NCBI GenBank assembly: GCA_965217865.1
Contig: CBDCJO010000001.1
Span: forward strand, 512,001-576,000
DNA: 64,000 bases
From: Candidatus Latescibacterota bacterium
GTDB lineage: Bacteria; Latescibacterota; UBA2968; SICM01
Direction: 5' to 3'
Position numbers and translations under genes: made by a program. A model generated the notes under the pieces. The model was not told the origin of the DNA. It worked only from the letters and a program-made list of their open reading frames with translations, and ran no database searches. Position 1 is the stretch's first letter, and each line of letters starts with the position of its first letter. Of this stretch, positions 39,528 through 49,558 are shown one piece after another.

Positions 39528-42470
39528 TCATTTTCCGTTTTCTCCGTTCTCATATGTACCTAGACGACGTCCATCGGAAACCCATAGCGGCACCGGCCTC
39601 CGATAGAGCGGCTGTGTGGACCGCGTGTCTTCAGGATGTCTTAGCAGATAGGTCCTTGTGGCCTCTTTCGCAGATTCATCGATCTGATAGACGAGATAGG
39701 CCTTTTCAGCACCCTCAGCCTCCTTCGTCCTGCCCAGTGCCCGAAGCGCGAGCATCCTGTGATAATGGGCGACCCGGTGCTCGGGATCGATCTCAAGCAC
39801 ACGCCCCATAGCCTCCAGGGATTCGATAAACTTTCCGTCCAGGTAGAGGACCCGCCCAAGATTCGACCAGGCCGCCCGATCCTCGGGAAAGTCCTGAAGG
39901 ACCCGCCGGTAGGCATTGGCGGACCTTTCATATCGGCCGTCCTCCTGAAGCACGATCCCCCAGACCCAGGCATTCTGCGGATCGTTGGGTGACAAACCTT
40001 CGGCGATCTGGATCTGTTTGTAGGCCTCCAGGATATTTCCGTCTTTTACCGCGGTTCGGGCTAAGTTGCGGGGTCCGTCTGGCAGGTCCGGAGCCAGGGA
40101 GGCGACCCGTACGAAAGCCCACTGCGCCCATTTCGTCTCGTTCTGGAGGAGAAGCCCGATCCCGTAGTCGTTAAGTCTTGACCACGCCACCCCTGGCTTT
40201 ATCTCCGTTTCCACCGCTGCGATCCCCGCCCCTTTGGGAAGGACAGGAAGCACGACTTCGTCCTTTGCGATCTGGGTGATCGGAAGGTCCGGCACCCTTT
40301 CGAAGCCCGCAAACCCGACCCGATTGGCGTGGAAAGCGAACTCAGTGTACTTCCGATCGAACTTTCGCCAGAGGAGTCGGGCCCGCAACGTCAATTCATT
40401 GCTTGAGGGATTTTCCGGAACTCGGAACGAATATCGGGCGACATCAGCGGTCCCCGGTCCGATCACACGGACATAGACCGAAGTAAAGATGTCCTGGGCG
40501 TTGCGACGGTGGATCGCATTACCATAACGATCGACCAGGAGGGCCTTGTAGAAATGTGCTTCGGGGTCAACGTGACCGTCCGCTCGAACGAAACCGTTGA
40601 CCGCGATCGGACCGCCCTCGGAATCGACGACGGAAAATTCCAGCCAACCCTCGTTCGAATCATTCGTTCCGCCCGGGAAGGTGTGCCCGACACCCTGGTT
40701 CCGGACGACCACATCAACCGAGACTTCGTCTCCGGCTACAACCGCGGGACGGATCGCGTCCAGGGGACCGATGGGCGTCCCAGACTCCCCCCGACGGATC
40801 GCAAACAGATCCACCCGCAGTTTCTCATCCTGCAGGAACGATTCGATCCTCCCGATCGTTTCTTCGTCCCCACGCAAAAACGGGAGAGCGGTGTTAACAG
40901 CCAAAAAACGGTGAGACCTGACGAAGCCGTCCTTGGCCGCCACGTCCCCCCGAAAGACCTTTTCCAGAGGCATGTGACAGTCCTGGCAGATTCGCTTGTT
41001 CGATGGAAGATAGAAGGTTCGCGAAGCGTTGCGCGCCACTCCGCTGTCGTGCCAGTTGTCGAACTCATCCTGCCCTCGCACCCAGCGGTAGCCGTTCAGT
41101 CTGACATCTAGGCTTACTTTGTGGCAGGTTGCGCAGAACTCAGGGGACCGGAAGAACGGCTTGAGCATCTGGCCCTTGTGGACAGTGGGTTTTGCTTTGA
41201 GGGCTGCGTCATGGATTGCCTGACCCAGGGTGTTCTTCGAATCCGCGAAGAGATAGGGATCCTCCTGTTCATCCGCGATATTGTAACCCCCGTTTCCTGT
41301 CCGGTTGTGGATCTTATCGATGGCGTGACAACCCAGGCAGGTGAGACCGGCCTGAGCCTGTGCGCTTCGTCGGTCGATCGGTTCGGTCATCTTTCCGGCC
41401 AGCATCAACGCCGGGTCGTGACAGCCGGAACACCACTTGGACTTCACAGAGGCCTCCCGTCCTTTGAGTTCCTCGTAGTGGACGAGGTGGGCTTGAACTT
41501 CCGGATTGGAAGATCTCGAATTTTCACGCATGTCGTTGATCGTGGCCTCATAAAACGGATTGTTGAACGAAGCGAAGCGGTGGGCGGACCGGGACCACTG
41601 TTCCACGATGTCGGCGTGGCAGCGCGCGCAGGTCGCTGCGCCAATCTCTTCATTCACCACAAAGCCATATCGATCTAAGTCCGGGGAGAGCCGATCCGGC
41701 CGCGAGATGTCCCCTCGTGTGATGATCCGCGACGGCAGGAAGTCTCCCGTGGTCGTGGTCGCGGCTGACGGAAAGAACGGGCTGTCGGTCGGCACATAGT
41801 TTGCAGGGAGAAACCCGTCCCGAACGTAGGCGGTAAGGTCCCGGGCCCGGGCCCCGGGGCCCCTGTCTTTCCCCGCGGAAGCCGCAATCCGCGCTTCTTC
41901 GGTCAGGACCATCCCTCGGGGACTCATGCCGTGGCCGATGATCGCCAGGAAGGCAACTGCCAGGACAGCGGCGATCCCGTTCCGGATCGTGGTGCGTGAC
42001 GGTGCTGAGATCGATACCAGGCGGTGGTAGAGATAAACGGAAGGGACCAGACCCGCACAGACCACGTGAACCCAGAATGCCCACCGATTGTCACGGCTGT
42101 TGGCCGCGGTGAGGATAAACAGGCCGGTGACTGCAAGGACAAGGCCGCCGATGACCAGGGTTACCCCGGAGTTAATCGAGGTTGGGTGCCGCCTTCTCCA
42201 CACACCCGGCAGATGCCAGATGAGAAACACGACCGCGACCAGGACCATGGCCAGTCCCGCCCCGGTGTGCAGGAGAACCATCCCCTGAAAGAGCCTGGGG
42301 AGAGCCAGTTCCGTGAGGGCGAAATATCCGATGCCCGCCGCTCCGGCGACGCGATTCGCCAGGAGATAGAGCGTGTTTCCGAAGACGAAGACCCCAAGGG
42401 CAACGAGCAAAAGGAGGAGTCGTCGCTTTCCCCCTTTCAAACCGAATTGTTCATCTCGATCGTTCGGCAC
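39528..42470 (-). CDS. Membrane-anchored pentaheme c-type cytochrome with C-terminal TPRs
   Basis: About 5 N-terminal TM helices; CARCH, CSGCH, CLGCH, CATCH, CQDCH; TPR tail. Confidence 0.88.
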   Translation of the reverse strand: MPNDRDEQFGLKGGKRRLLLLLVALGVFVFGNTLYLLANRVAGAAGIGYFALTELALPRLFQGMVLLHTGAGLAMVLVAVVFLIWHLPGVWRRRHPTSINSGVTLVIGGLVLAVTGLFILTAANSRDNRWAFWVHVVCAGLVPSVYLYHRLVSISAPSRTTIRNGIAAVLAVAFLAIIGHGMSPRGMVLTEEARIAASAGKDRGPGARARDLTAYVRDGFLPANYVPTDSPFFPSAATTTTGDFLPSRIITRGDISRPDRLSPDLDRYGFVVNEEIGAATCARCHADIVEQWSRSAHRFASFNNPFYEATINDMRENSRSSNPEVQAHLVHYEELKGREASVKSKWCSGCHDPALMLAGKMTEPIDRRSAQAQAGLTCLGCHAIDKIHNRTGNGGYNIADEQEDPYLFADSKNTLGQAIHDAALKAKPTVHKGQMLKPFFRSPEFCATCHKVSLDVRLNGYRWVRGQDEFDNWHDSGVARNASRTFYLPSNKRICQDCHMPLEKVFRGDVAAKDGFVRSHRFLAVNTALPFLRGDEETIGRIESFLQDEKLRVDLFAIRRGESGTPIGPLDAIRPAVVAGDEVSVDVVVRNQGVGHTFPGGTNDSNEGWLEFSVVDSEGGPIAVNGFVRADGHVDPEAHFYKALLVDRYGNAIHRRNAQDIFTSVYVRVIGPGTADVARYSFRVPENPSSNELTLRARLLWRKFDRKYTEFAFHANRVGFAGFERVPDLPITQIAKDEVVLPVLPKGAGIAAVETEIKPGVAWSRLNDYGIGLLLQNETKWAQWAFVRVASLAPDLPDGPRNLARTAVKDGNILEAYKQIQIAEGLSPNDPQNAWVWGIVLQEDGRYERSANAYRRVLQDFPEDRAAWSNLGRVLYLDGKFIESLEAMGRVLEIDPEHRVAHYHRMLALRALGRTKEAEGAEKAYLVYQIDESAKEATRTYLLRHPEDTRSTQPLYRRPVPLWVSDGRRLGTYENGENGK

Positions 42471-42530
42471 TGCAGGCTCTCCGATACCCGATGATTGGCG
42501 ATACGAGGTTTTGTGATATGACCCAAAAAT

Positions 42531-42559
42531 AAACTACCAGAATCATATTGACCTGTCAA
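42531..42559 (-). promoter_or_regulatory. Sigma70 promoter for the cytochrome/CRTAC1 pair
   Basis: TTGACA-17-TAGTTT. Confidence 0.6.
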
Positions 42560-42697
42560 GCTTCCCCCGATCGGATATAAACGGTCCCCCGTGAATAATC
42601 GCTCCTCAACGGAAAGCGTTACCTATGATTCCCCTTGTCCTGTAACTGAGCGTTTATATATTTCAACGACAACATTTCAACGGCAACCGAGGCAATA

Positions 42698-43302
42698 GTA
42701 AACCACCCCGCCCAAAGGGCGGGGCATTAACCACTCCCATCCCCAAACAGATCCAACTGTAGGGGCCCTTTCTGCTCTTGACGATGATACCGAATATATT
42801 GCTCAATCACTTCAGAAGTCACCTTGTCGCCTACGGTGCGGGCAAAATAACCATCTTCCCAGAATTCTCCACCCCATAACTCCCGTTTCACCTCTGGATG
42901 TTCTCGGAAGACCCCGCTGCCCGAAATACTCTTCAAAATGCCCACTACCTTAGAAATCGAATACCGGGGAGGAAACGACAAGAAAATATGCACATGATCT
43001 TCGGCCACTTCCATCTCTTGGATGTCAAAACCAAAATCCTCTGCTATCCGATGAAACAGCTTGCCCACATACTCTCGAAGGTCACCTCGCAAAATCCATT
43101 TCCGATACTTCGGTGCCCATACCAGATGATACTGGCTATCATAGACTGCGTGACTGGTCCGTCGGAGTCCCATCGTATGCCTCCTGAGTCGATATGAGTC
43201 TCAGTGGTCTGCACACGATAAGACAGCCTTTTAGCTTGCCTTCGGCAAGCTAAACTTTTCCTCCCCTTCCAAAGGAAGGGGTATCCAAGTCCAAATACTT
43301 TC
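42698..43302 (-). mobile_element. IS200/IS605-family element (tnpA only), 605 bp
   Basis: Subterminal hairpins CCCCTTCC-AAA-GGAAGGGG (43263-43281) and CCCCGCCC-AAA-GGGCGGGG (42706-42724); guide/cleavage pairs GATA/TCAT and AATG/TTAC. Confidence 0.88.
42727..43173 (-). CDS. tnpA: IS200 Y1 (HUH) transposase
   Basis: YHLVWAPKYR, DHVH, FWEDGYF, YIRYH; AGGAGG RBS. Confidence 0.96.
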   Translation of the reverse strand: MGLRRTSHAVYDSQYHLVWAPKYRKWILRGDLREYVGKLFHRIAEDFGFDIQEMEVAEDHVHIFLSFPPRYSISKVVGILKSISGSGVFREHPEVKRELWGGEFWEDGYFARTVGDKVTSEVIEQYIRYHRQEQKGPLQLDLFGDGSG

Positions 43303-44922
43303 ATGAAAGAACCGATAAAAAATCAATCATGGATTCTTCTTCTGGCTCTCTTCATCTGCGCAGACCAGGGCAATTCCGATGATCCAATGCCCGATGATCC
43401 ATCCCGGGCCATCCTTTTTTTCGGGAACAGCCTCACCGCGGGTTACGGCCTCGATAAAAAGGCGGCTTTCCCCGCCCTGATCCAGGAAAAAATAGACCGT
43501 ATGAGCTGGCCTTATATTGTTGTGAATGCGGGACTGAGCGGGGAAACATCCGCGGGGGGCCTCCGGCGAATCGATTGGATGCTCAAAAAACAGTTCGAAC
43601 TTATTGTGATCGAACTCGGGGGAAACGACGGCCTCCGGGGCGTCCCGCTGGAGGAGACCCGAAAAAACCTCAACGCCATCGTTGACCGAATTATCGAACG
43701 GGGCCCGCAGGTAAAAATCGTCATCGCAGGGATGCAACTCCCCCCCAACCTGGGTTCCGATTATACAGGTGCATTCAAGTCCATATATCCGAACCTTGCG
43801 AAAAAATACAATACGCCTTTAATCCCCTTCCTGTTAAAAGGAGTTGGGGGGGACCCGAATCTCAACCTGCCTGACGGGATCCATCCCAACGCCAAAGGGC
43901 ACAAAATCGTCGCGGAGACCGTATGGGCGACCCTCAAACCGATTTTGCAATCGATTCAAGAGGCACAAGCCGAGCCCCCGCCGGAAGGAATAAAGGCTGC
44001 GGTCGAACGCGTGGCCTTTGGTTCCTGCCTCCGCCAGGACAGGCCGCAGCCTGTCTGGAAGTCGGTCCTGGAAACCGCCCCTGATGTTTTTGTCTTCCTC
44101 GGGGATAATATCTATGCCAACACGACGGACCCGGAGGTGATGCGACGAAAATATGGGTTGTTGAACGGACAAGCGGGATTCAGGACCCTCAGGAATCGCT
44201 GTCGAATTCTCGCCACCTGGGACGATAACGATTACGGATCGAACGACGGCGGTGCAAACTATCCGATGAGAGGCCTTTCGCAACGGATATTCCTGGATTT
44301 CTGGAGATGGTCCGAGGGATGGTCACATCCGGGCGTCTATCAGTCCAGGATCCTCGGTCCGCCGGGTCAGGAAGTGCAGTTCATCCTTCTTGACACACGA
44401 TATTTCAGGTCAAACCTAGTAGGGGAATCCGGCCTATATCGTCCCAACGCCGAACCAGATGCGACCGTCCTTGGCGACCTTCAGTGGAAATGGCTCGAAG
44501 AGGAATTGCGCAAACCCGCCGAAGTACGGATAATCGCCTCGAGTATTCAGGTCATACCCACAGAGCACAGATGGGAAAAATGGGCCAATTTTCCCAGAGA
44601 ACGGGAAAGGCTTTTCGGGCTTATCGCATCAACGGGAGCCAACGGAGTCGTCTTTTTAAGCGGGGACAGGCACCTTGCGGAAATCTCCCGGCTGACGACG
44701 GGTGTTCCTTACACACTGTATGAAGTGACTTCAAGCCCGTTGAACCAGAAAGGAGGGGGAAGCAGCGCGGAGCCGAACCGCTTCAGGATAAGCCAGAGCA
44801 ATTATCGAGAGGGGAATTTCGGCTTGATCACCATCGACTGGGATCGTCGGGTTCTCAAGTTGGCCATCCTTAATGAAGGTGGAGCGGAAGTGTTTTCGCA
44901 GCGTGTGCCCCTGATACATTGA
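43303..44922 (+). CDS. TesA-like SGNH arylesterase fused to PhoD alkaline phosphatase
   Basis: Signal peptide; GNSLTAG, NAGLSG, GGND, DGIHPN; then FGSC, GDNIY, WDDND, LDTRY, SGDRH. Confidence 0.88.
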   Translation: MKEPIKNQSWILLLALFICADQGNSDDPMPDDPSRAILFFGNSLTAGYGLDKKAAFPALIQEKIDRMSWPYIVVNAGLSGETSAGGLRRIDWMLKKQFELIVIELGGNDGLRGVPLEETRKNLNAIVDRIIERGPQVKIVIAGMQLPPNLGSDYTGAFKSIYPNLAKKYNTPLIPFLLKGVGGDPNLNLPDGIHPNAKGHKIVAETVWATLKPILQSIQEAQAEPPPEGIKAAVERVAFGSCLRQDRPQPVWKSVLETAPDVFVFLGDNIYANTTDPEVMRRKYGLLNGQAGFRTLRNRCRILATWDDNDYGSNDGGANYPMRGLSQRIFLDFWRWSEGWSHPGVYQSRILGPPGQEVQFILLDTRYFRSNLVGESGLYRPNAEPDATVLGDLQWKWLEEELRKPAEVRIIASSIQVIPTEHRWEKWANFPRERERLFGLIASTGANGVVFLSGDRHLAEISRLTTGVPYTLYEVTSSPLNQKGGGSSAEPNRFRISQSNYREGNFGLITIDWDRRVLKLAILNEGGAEVFSQRVPLIH

Positions 44923-45015
44923 ATATTGAAGATCGGAGAATTGAATATTTTAAAAACTCAGGACTTTCATGTGCCCTTTTGAATCTCGCATTTCAATATT
45001 CTTCAATCTTCAATT
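44919..45015. repeat. AT-rich heptamer inverted repeat between convergent genes
   Basis: TTGAATA/TTGAAGA units facing TTCAATA/TTCAATC units; GAATATTGAA/TTCAATATTC is a perfect inverted repeat. Confidence 0.55.
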
Positions 45016-45026
45016 TCCCCTGACCC

Positions 45027-47576
45027 TCATTCTACATTCCTCAGAACCTCCAGGGGCGGACGACTTATCACCCCATGGATATTGAGCATCCCGAGCAGGA
45101 TCGTCAACCCGATCACAAGCGTAAAAATCAGAGCAAGGGGGACGAACGGGATCGCAAATGCGATATCAAACACAAACCTCGCCAGAATCCATCCCCCCGT
45201 AAGAGCCAGTCCCATCCCGGTCAATGTCGCAAGACCACCCAGTAAAAGATACTCGAGCAGTTGAATCTGGACGATCTGACGTTGGGAGGCCCCCAGAGTG
45301 CGGAGGAGGACCGCTTCGTGAATACGCTGATAGCGGTTCGCGATCACGCACGACGCAAGAATGATGAACCCCGTAAGCGTGCTGAACAGCGCCATAAACC
45401 GAATCACGGATCCCACCCTGGATAGGATCTCGTCCGCCGTCTTCAGAATCAAACCGAGGTCCAGTGAGGAGACATTGGAGAATCTCTGAACGAGCCTCCG
45501 TTGCAGCTTTGCGGATTCTGCCTGTGAACGCACCCGCGTGGTCAACACCGAAAATTGGGGGGCCGACTCCAGGACCCCCGCCGGAAATACCACAAAAAAA
45601 TTGGGCTGCACCCGCTGCCATTCGACGTTCCGGATGCTTCCCAAAGTCGTGACGATCGGGACCCCTTGAACGTCAAAGGTCACGGTGTCCCCCAGTGTCA
45701 CCCCCAGCCTCTGTGCGGTTCTTTCCTCCATCGAGATCGGCACCGGCCCGCCCCCACCGGTCACAGACCCTGTCCACTCCCCTGCGACGATCTCCTCAGA
45801 CTCAAAAAGATGATCCCGGTAGGTCGACCGGTATTCCCGCCTTAAAGCCCATCTGGATACCCTCGAAGACTTTCGCAGTGAATCCGCGCTCTCTCCTTTC
45901 ACCGAGGCGACCCGCATCGTCACCACCGGGGACCGGTGCAGAATCGGTAGATCGTAAGATCGAACAAGGTCCACCGTCTCATCAACCTGATCGGTCTGGA
46001 TATCGAACAGGACCAGGTTAGGCCGGCCTTCACCCCCGGCGAGGGAAATCTGTCGAATCAATGAAAACTGTGAAATATAGAGTATGGCGATCAAGGAGGT
46101 CCCCAATCCCAGGGAAAGCATCATAACCAGGGTCTGGTTGTTCGGCCGGTAGAGGTTTGCCAGGGCTTGCCGCCACACGTATCTCCACGATCTGGGGAAG
46201 AATCGCCTCACGAGCTTCATCAAGAGATAGGCGACCCCCGCAAGCAGCCCAAATGCCCCCCCAAGCCCGGCGATAAGCCCCAAACCCGCTTTCCAGTGAC
46301 CCGTCTGAACAGCCCCTAAAAGACCGACAAGGAGAATGATCATCAGAAGAATTCCGATTCGGAGGGGATCTCTCGCTTTACCGGACCCTTCATAGGCCGT
46401 CCGCAAGGCGGCCAGGGGTGAGGTTCTGCGGATCGAAACCAGGGGATGCATGGCAATCATGAGGCTCAACCCAAGGCCGATCGACAATCCCTGCAAAACG
46501 GCTTTCAACGAAGGATTTACGGAAACCTCCACGGAGGGGAAGAACCCGCCCAGAACATTCGGAAGGAGTTGTTGGACAAAAAGACCCATCAAGCCCCCTC
46601 CGAGAGAACCGATCAAACCCATGGACGCCGCCTGGATCAGATAGATCGTAAAGGCCTGACGGTTCCGGGCCCCAAGGCACTTAAGGACCGAGATCGTCAC
46701 CAGTTTTCCGCGGATATAAACGTGAATACTTGCCCCAATCCCCACACATCCCAGGAGCAGCGCGACGAACCCGGTCAGACTCAGGAAATGGTCAAGGTTA
46801 TCGAGCATACGGCCCCATCTCCTTTTGCGCCGGTCTACGGTTTCGTATCTTAAATCCTGTTCGGCCAGCTGTGGCTCAATCCTCTTTAAGAGCCCCGTCA
46901 GCATCTCATCCTCAACCTTAAACAACACGCGGTAAGTTGCCCGGCTCCCGTGTTGGATGAGATCCGTCCGATCGAGGAGGGAGAGCGGGATAAAGACAAC
47001 CGGGGCGACCATCATGCCGGCCGGTCCCTCGTCCGGGACCCGGTTCAACCGCCCTGCAATCCGGAAGGTCAGGTCCCCTAAACGCGCGGAGTCCCCCACC
47101 GCAACGCCGTACTGGAGCATCAACCCTTCGTCCAGAAGGGTCTCCCCTTTCCCTTGATATCGCTCCGCGGCTTCCCGAGGTTCTGTCAGGAGCCTTCCGT
47201 AATAAGGAAACGCATCCCCCACGGCCCGTACCTGAACCAGGCGCGTCCCCCCGCCTTTGGGGAAATAGATCATCGAAACAAACCGAACTTCTCGAGATTG
47301 AAGGCCGCCGATCGAATCGATCAGGGCTTCGGTCTTCGGATTAAACGGCCGCGATTGACTCAGGACCAGGTCCGCTCCGAGAAGGGTCTTGGACTGGGCG
47401 TTCACGGCATCCTCAAGGTTCTCCTTAAATGAACGTATCGCAACAAGAGCGGCAACACCCAGAAGGATTGACGATACGAAAAGAAGCAGCCGTCCCCGAT
47501 GGGATCTGCTGTCCCGCCAAGCCATTTTCCAGACCCAAGGGTCAAAAAGAGGAGCCATGGATTTAATCGAAGTCAT
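45027..47576 (-). CDS. ybbP: YbbP-like (MacB/FtsX) ABC permease
   Basis: AWRDSR, LLGADL, PYYG, DIQTDQ, V.W....PNFFVVF, LRTLGAS. Confidence 0.88.
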   Translation of the reverse strand: MTSIKSMAPLFDPWVWKMAWRDSRSHRGRLLLFVSSILLGVAALVAIRSFKENLEDAVNAQSKTLLGADLVLSQSRPFNPKTEALIDSIGGLQSREVRFVSMIYFPKGGGTRLVQVRAVGDAFPYYGRLLTEPREAAERYQGKGETLLDEGLMLQYGVAVGDSARLGDLTFRIAGRLNRVPDEGPAGMMVAPVVFIPLSLLDRTDLIQHGSRATYRVLFKVEDEMLTGLLKRIEPQLAEQDLRYETVDRRKRRWGRMLDNLDHFLSLTGFVALLLGCVGIGASIHVYIRGKLVTISVLKCLGARNRQAFTIYLIQAASMGLIGSLGGGLMGLFVQQLLPNVLGGFFPSVEVSVNPSLKAVLQGLSIGLGLSLMIAMHPLVSIRRTSPLAALRTAYEGSGKARDPLRIGILLMIILLVGLLGAVQTGHWKAGLGLIAGLGGAFGLLAGVAYLLMKLVRRFFPRSWRYVWRQALANLYRPNNQTLVMMLSLGLGTSLIAILYISQFSLIRQISLAGGEGRPNLVLFDIQTDQVDETVDLVRSYDLPILHRSPVVTMRVASVKGESADSLRKSSRVSRWALRREYRSTYRDHLFESEEIVAGEWTGSVTGGGGPVPISMEERTAQRLGVTLGDTVTFDVQGVPIVTTLGSIRNVEWQRVQPNFFVVFPAGVLESAPQFSVLTTRVRSQAESAKLQRRLVQRFSNVSSLDLGLILKTADEILSRVGSVIRFMALFSTLTGFIILASCVIANRYQRIHEAVLLRTLGASQRQIVQIQLLEYLLLGGLATLTGMGLALTGGWILARFVFDIAFAIPFVPLALIFTLVIGLTILLGMLNIHGVISRPPLEVLRNVE

Positions 47577-47642
47577 TGATCGGCAAACCTGTTTCGGGAG
47601 AAGGACGGGAAATTGTGAAGTGGAGGGGTTAAAGGATCGGGC

Positions 47643-48335
47643 TTACCAAGATGCGGGATCCCCATGGCCATCGGACAGGACCGCGCCTCCCTTCAGTTTG
47701 ATAACCCGCTGGCTGCGACCTGCAAGCTCCAGGTTGTGGGTGGCCATGATCAGGGTGGTTCGGGCTTCGCGGTTCAATTCAAACAACAGATCCACGACCC
47801 TCTGACTCGTATCGGCATCCAGATTACCCGTCGGCTCGTCGGCGAACAAGATCTTTGGCCGGTTGACAAACGCCCGAGCGATGGCCACCCGCTGCTGTTC
47901 TCCCCCGGAGAGTTGGGCGGGATAATGCTCCAGACGCTCCCCGATGCCCACTCGTTCCAGGAGGTTCTCGGCCACGGCCCTTGAATCGCTCTTCCCGCGA
48001 AGCTCCAATGGGACCAGGACATTCTCAAGAGTCGTCAGGGTTGGAATGAGGTTGAAATTCTGAAAAACGAAGCCTACGTATAGGTTTCGTAATCTTGCCC
48101 GCTCATCCTCATTCAGTCGATCCAGACACACCCCTTGAAGGGTCACCGAGCCGGAACTGGGGCGATCGAGCCCTGCGCACAAACCCAGAAGGGTTGTCTT
48201 GCCGCTTCCAGAGGGACCCACAATCGCACAGGATTCGCCTTCAGAGAGTGAAAGGGACACATCCCTCAGGACCGTCAGCGCATGGCTCCCGCTGAAATAG
48301 GACTTTGTCAATCCGTCAACTTGAAGGGCGTGCAT
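47643..48335 (-). CDS. ybbA: YbbA-like ABC ATP-binding protein
   Basis: [28 protein letters not shown]. Confidence 0.92.
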   Translation of the reverse strand: MHALQVDGLTKSYFSGSHALTVLRDVSLSLSEGESCAIVGPSGSGKTTLLGLCAGLDRPSSGSVTLQGVCLDRLNEDERARLRNLYVGFVFQNFNLIPTLTTLENVLVPLELRGKSDSRAVAENLLERVGIGERLEHYPAQLSGGEQQRVAIARAFVNRPKILFADEPTGNLDADTSQRVVDLLFELNREARTTLIMATHNLELAGRSQRVIKLKGGAVLSDGHGDPASW

Positions 48336-48380
48336 GGGCTATAGTTTCCAATTAATTGACATCCGATGTTGGATAACCAC

Positions 48381-49262
48381 CTATCTCCCCAGTTGCGTCA
48401 ACAACCTGTCCGGATAGTCCGTTAACATTCCATCAACCCCAAGATTCATCATGCGTCGTATATCGTCCAGGTCATTCATCGTCCACACGTAAACCTTCAC
48501 CTTATGTCGGTGGGAACTGCGAATAAAGTCCGGCGTGATCACGTGCAGTGGGCCGAGATACTCGGGGACCAGCATGGCTTCTGCGGGAGGCCGGTAAACA
48601 GCGCCCAGGTACAACCGGTTCAGGATGTAAAAGGTCAGTGCTTCAGTGAAACTGGCTGCTGAGGCTGTTTCTGGGCAGAGGCGCCTGAACTCGCTAATTA
48701 TCCCTGCATCCCCCGAAGCGACGATCACACCATCCGTCATACCGAAGCGGTGGATCGTCTGGCATAGCGATGGGCCGATAGCGGGGTCGGAGGATTTGAT
48801 CTCAATGTTAACGTGAACTTCCGGGAATGCCGAAAAGACTTCCGCAAGCGTGGGAACCCGAATCCCCCGACCTCGGTACGGAAAGCTTCTCCCCCCGTCA
48901 TCGCTCCATCGGTAGCCCGCATCCAGTTTCTTGAGTTCCGCCAGGGTAAATTCCTCAACCCTTCCTGTTCCGTCCGTGGTTCGATCCACCGTCCGATCGT
49001 GAAGGATGACAAGGGCCCCATCCGCGGTGCTTCGCAAATCCATATCGAGGACATCCACACCCCGATCCAGGGATCTTTTAAAGGCAAAAAGCGTGTTTTC
49101 CGGCCAGGCGCCAAGGCCGCCGCGATGCGCAAAAGTGAGGACCCTCTGGTTGGAGTGAAAAGGATGGGAAGGAACAGGCTGGACGAGGTTCCCACGAATG
49201 CCGAAGACCAGCCCCAATGACACGATAATTCCGGCAGTGACTATAAAAATAAGCTTTCGCAC
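48381..49262 (-). CDS. Glycerophosphodiester phosphodiesterase
   Basis: AHRGG, PENT, HDRTVDRTT, NIEIK, VWT, TDYP; N-terminal anchor. Confidence 0.92.
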   Translation of the reverse strand: MRKLIFIVTAGIIVSLGLVFGIRGNLVQPVPSHPFHSNQRVLTFAHRGGLGAWPENTLFAFKRSLDRGVDVLDMDLRSTADGALVILHDRTVDRTTDGTGRVEEFTLAELKKLDAGYRWSDDGGRSFPYRGRGIRVPTLAEVFSAFPEVHVNIEIKSSDPAIGPSLCQTIHRFGMTDGVIVASGDAGIISEFRRLCPETASAASFTEALTFYILNRLYLGAVYRPPAEAMLVPEYLGPLHVITPDFIRSSHRHKVKVYVWTMNDLDDIRRMMNLGVDGMLTDYPDRLLTQLGR

Positions 49263-49558
49263 AGCACCGACATCGTGAAGATTAAACCCGAGATGATTGG
49301 TTCCTCTGGATGTGTGCAGATTTTATCGTCCTATCGCAGACCTCGCTTCGCTCGCGCGAACCCAGCTCGCTTATCGGGGGGAGGACGGAGGAACCTGTCA
49401 AGGGAAGGAAGGCACCTTGTTTCTTCCAGAAGGGAGAAATTTACCCTTGCGAGAGTTAAAAAACCGGGCTACATTCTCAACATCCTGGAAACACAGGTGA
49501 TCCGGTTGATCGGTTCTCATCGCAATAACCTGCTTTGCAAGTTTGCGGAGGTCTGCCA

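Noticed and set aside
42660-42687. 14-bp tandem ATTTCAACG(A/G)CAAC as a Pho box
   Set aside because: The period is 14 rather than 11, and the sequence does not match the PhoB consensus
42600-43302. TnpB/omega RNA system
   Set aside because: No tnpB ORF; the right-end hairpin directly follows tnpA
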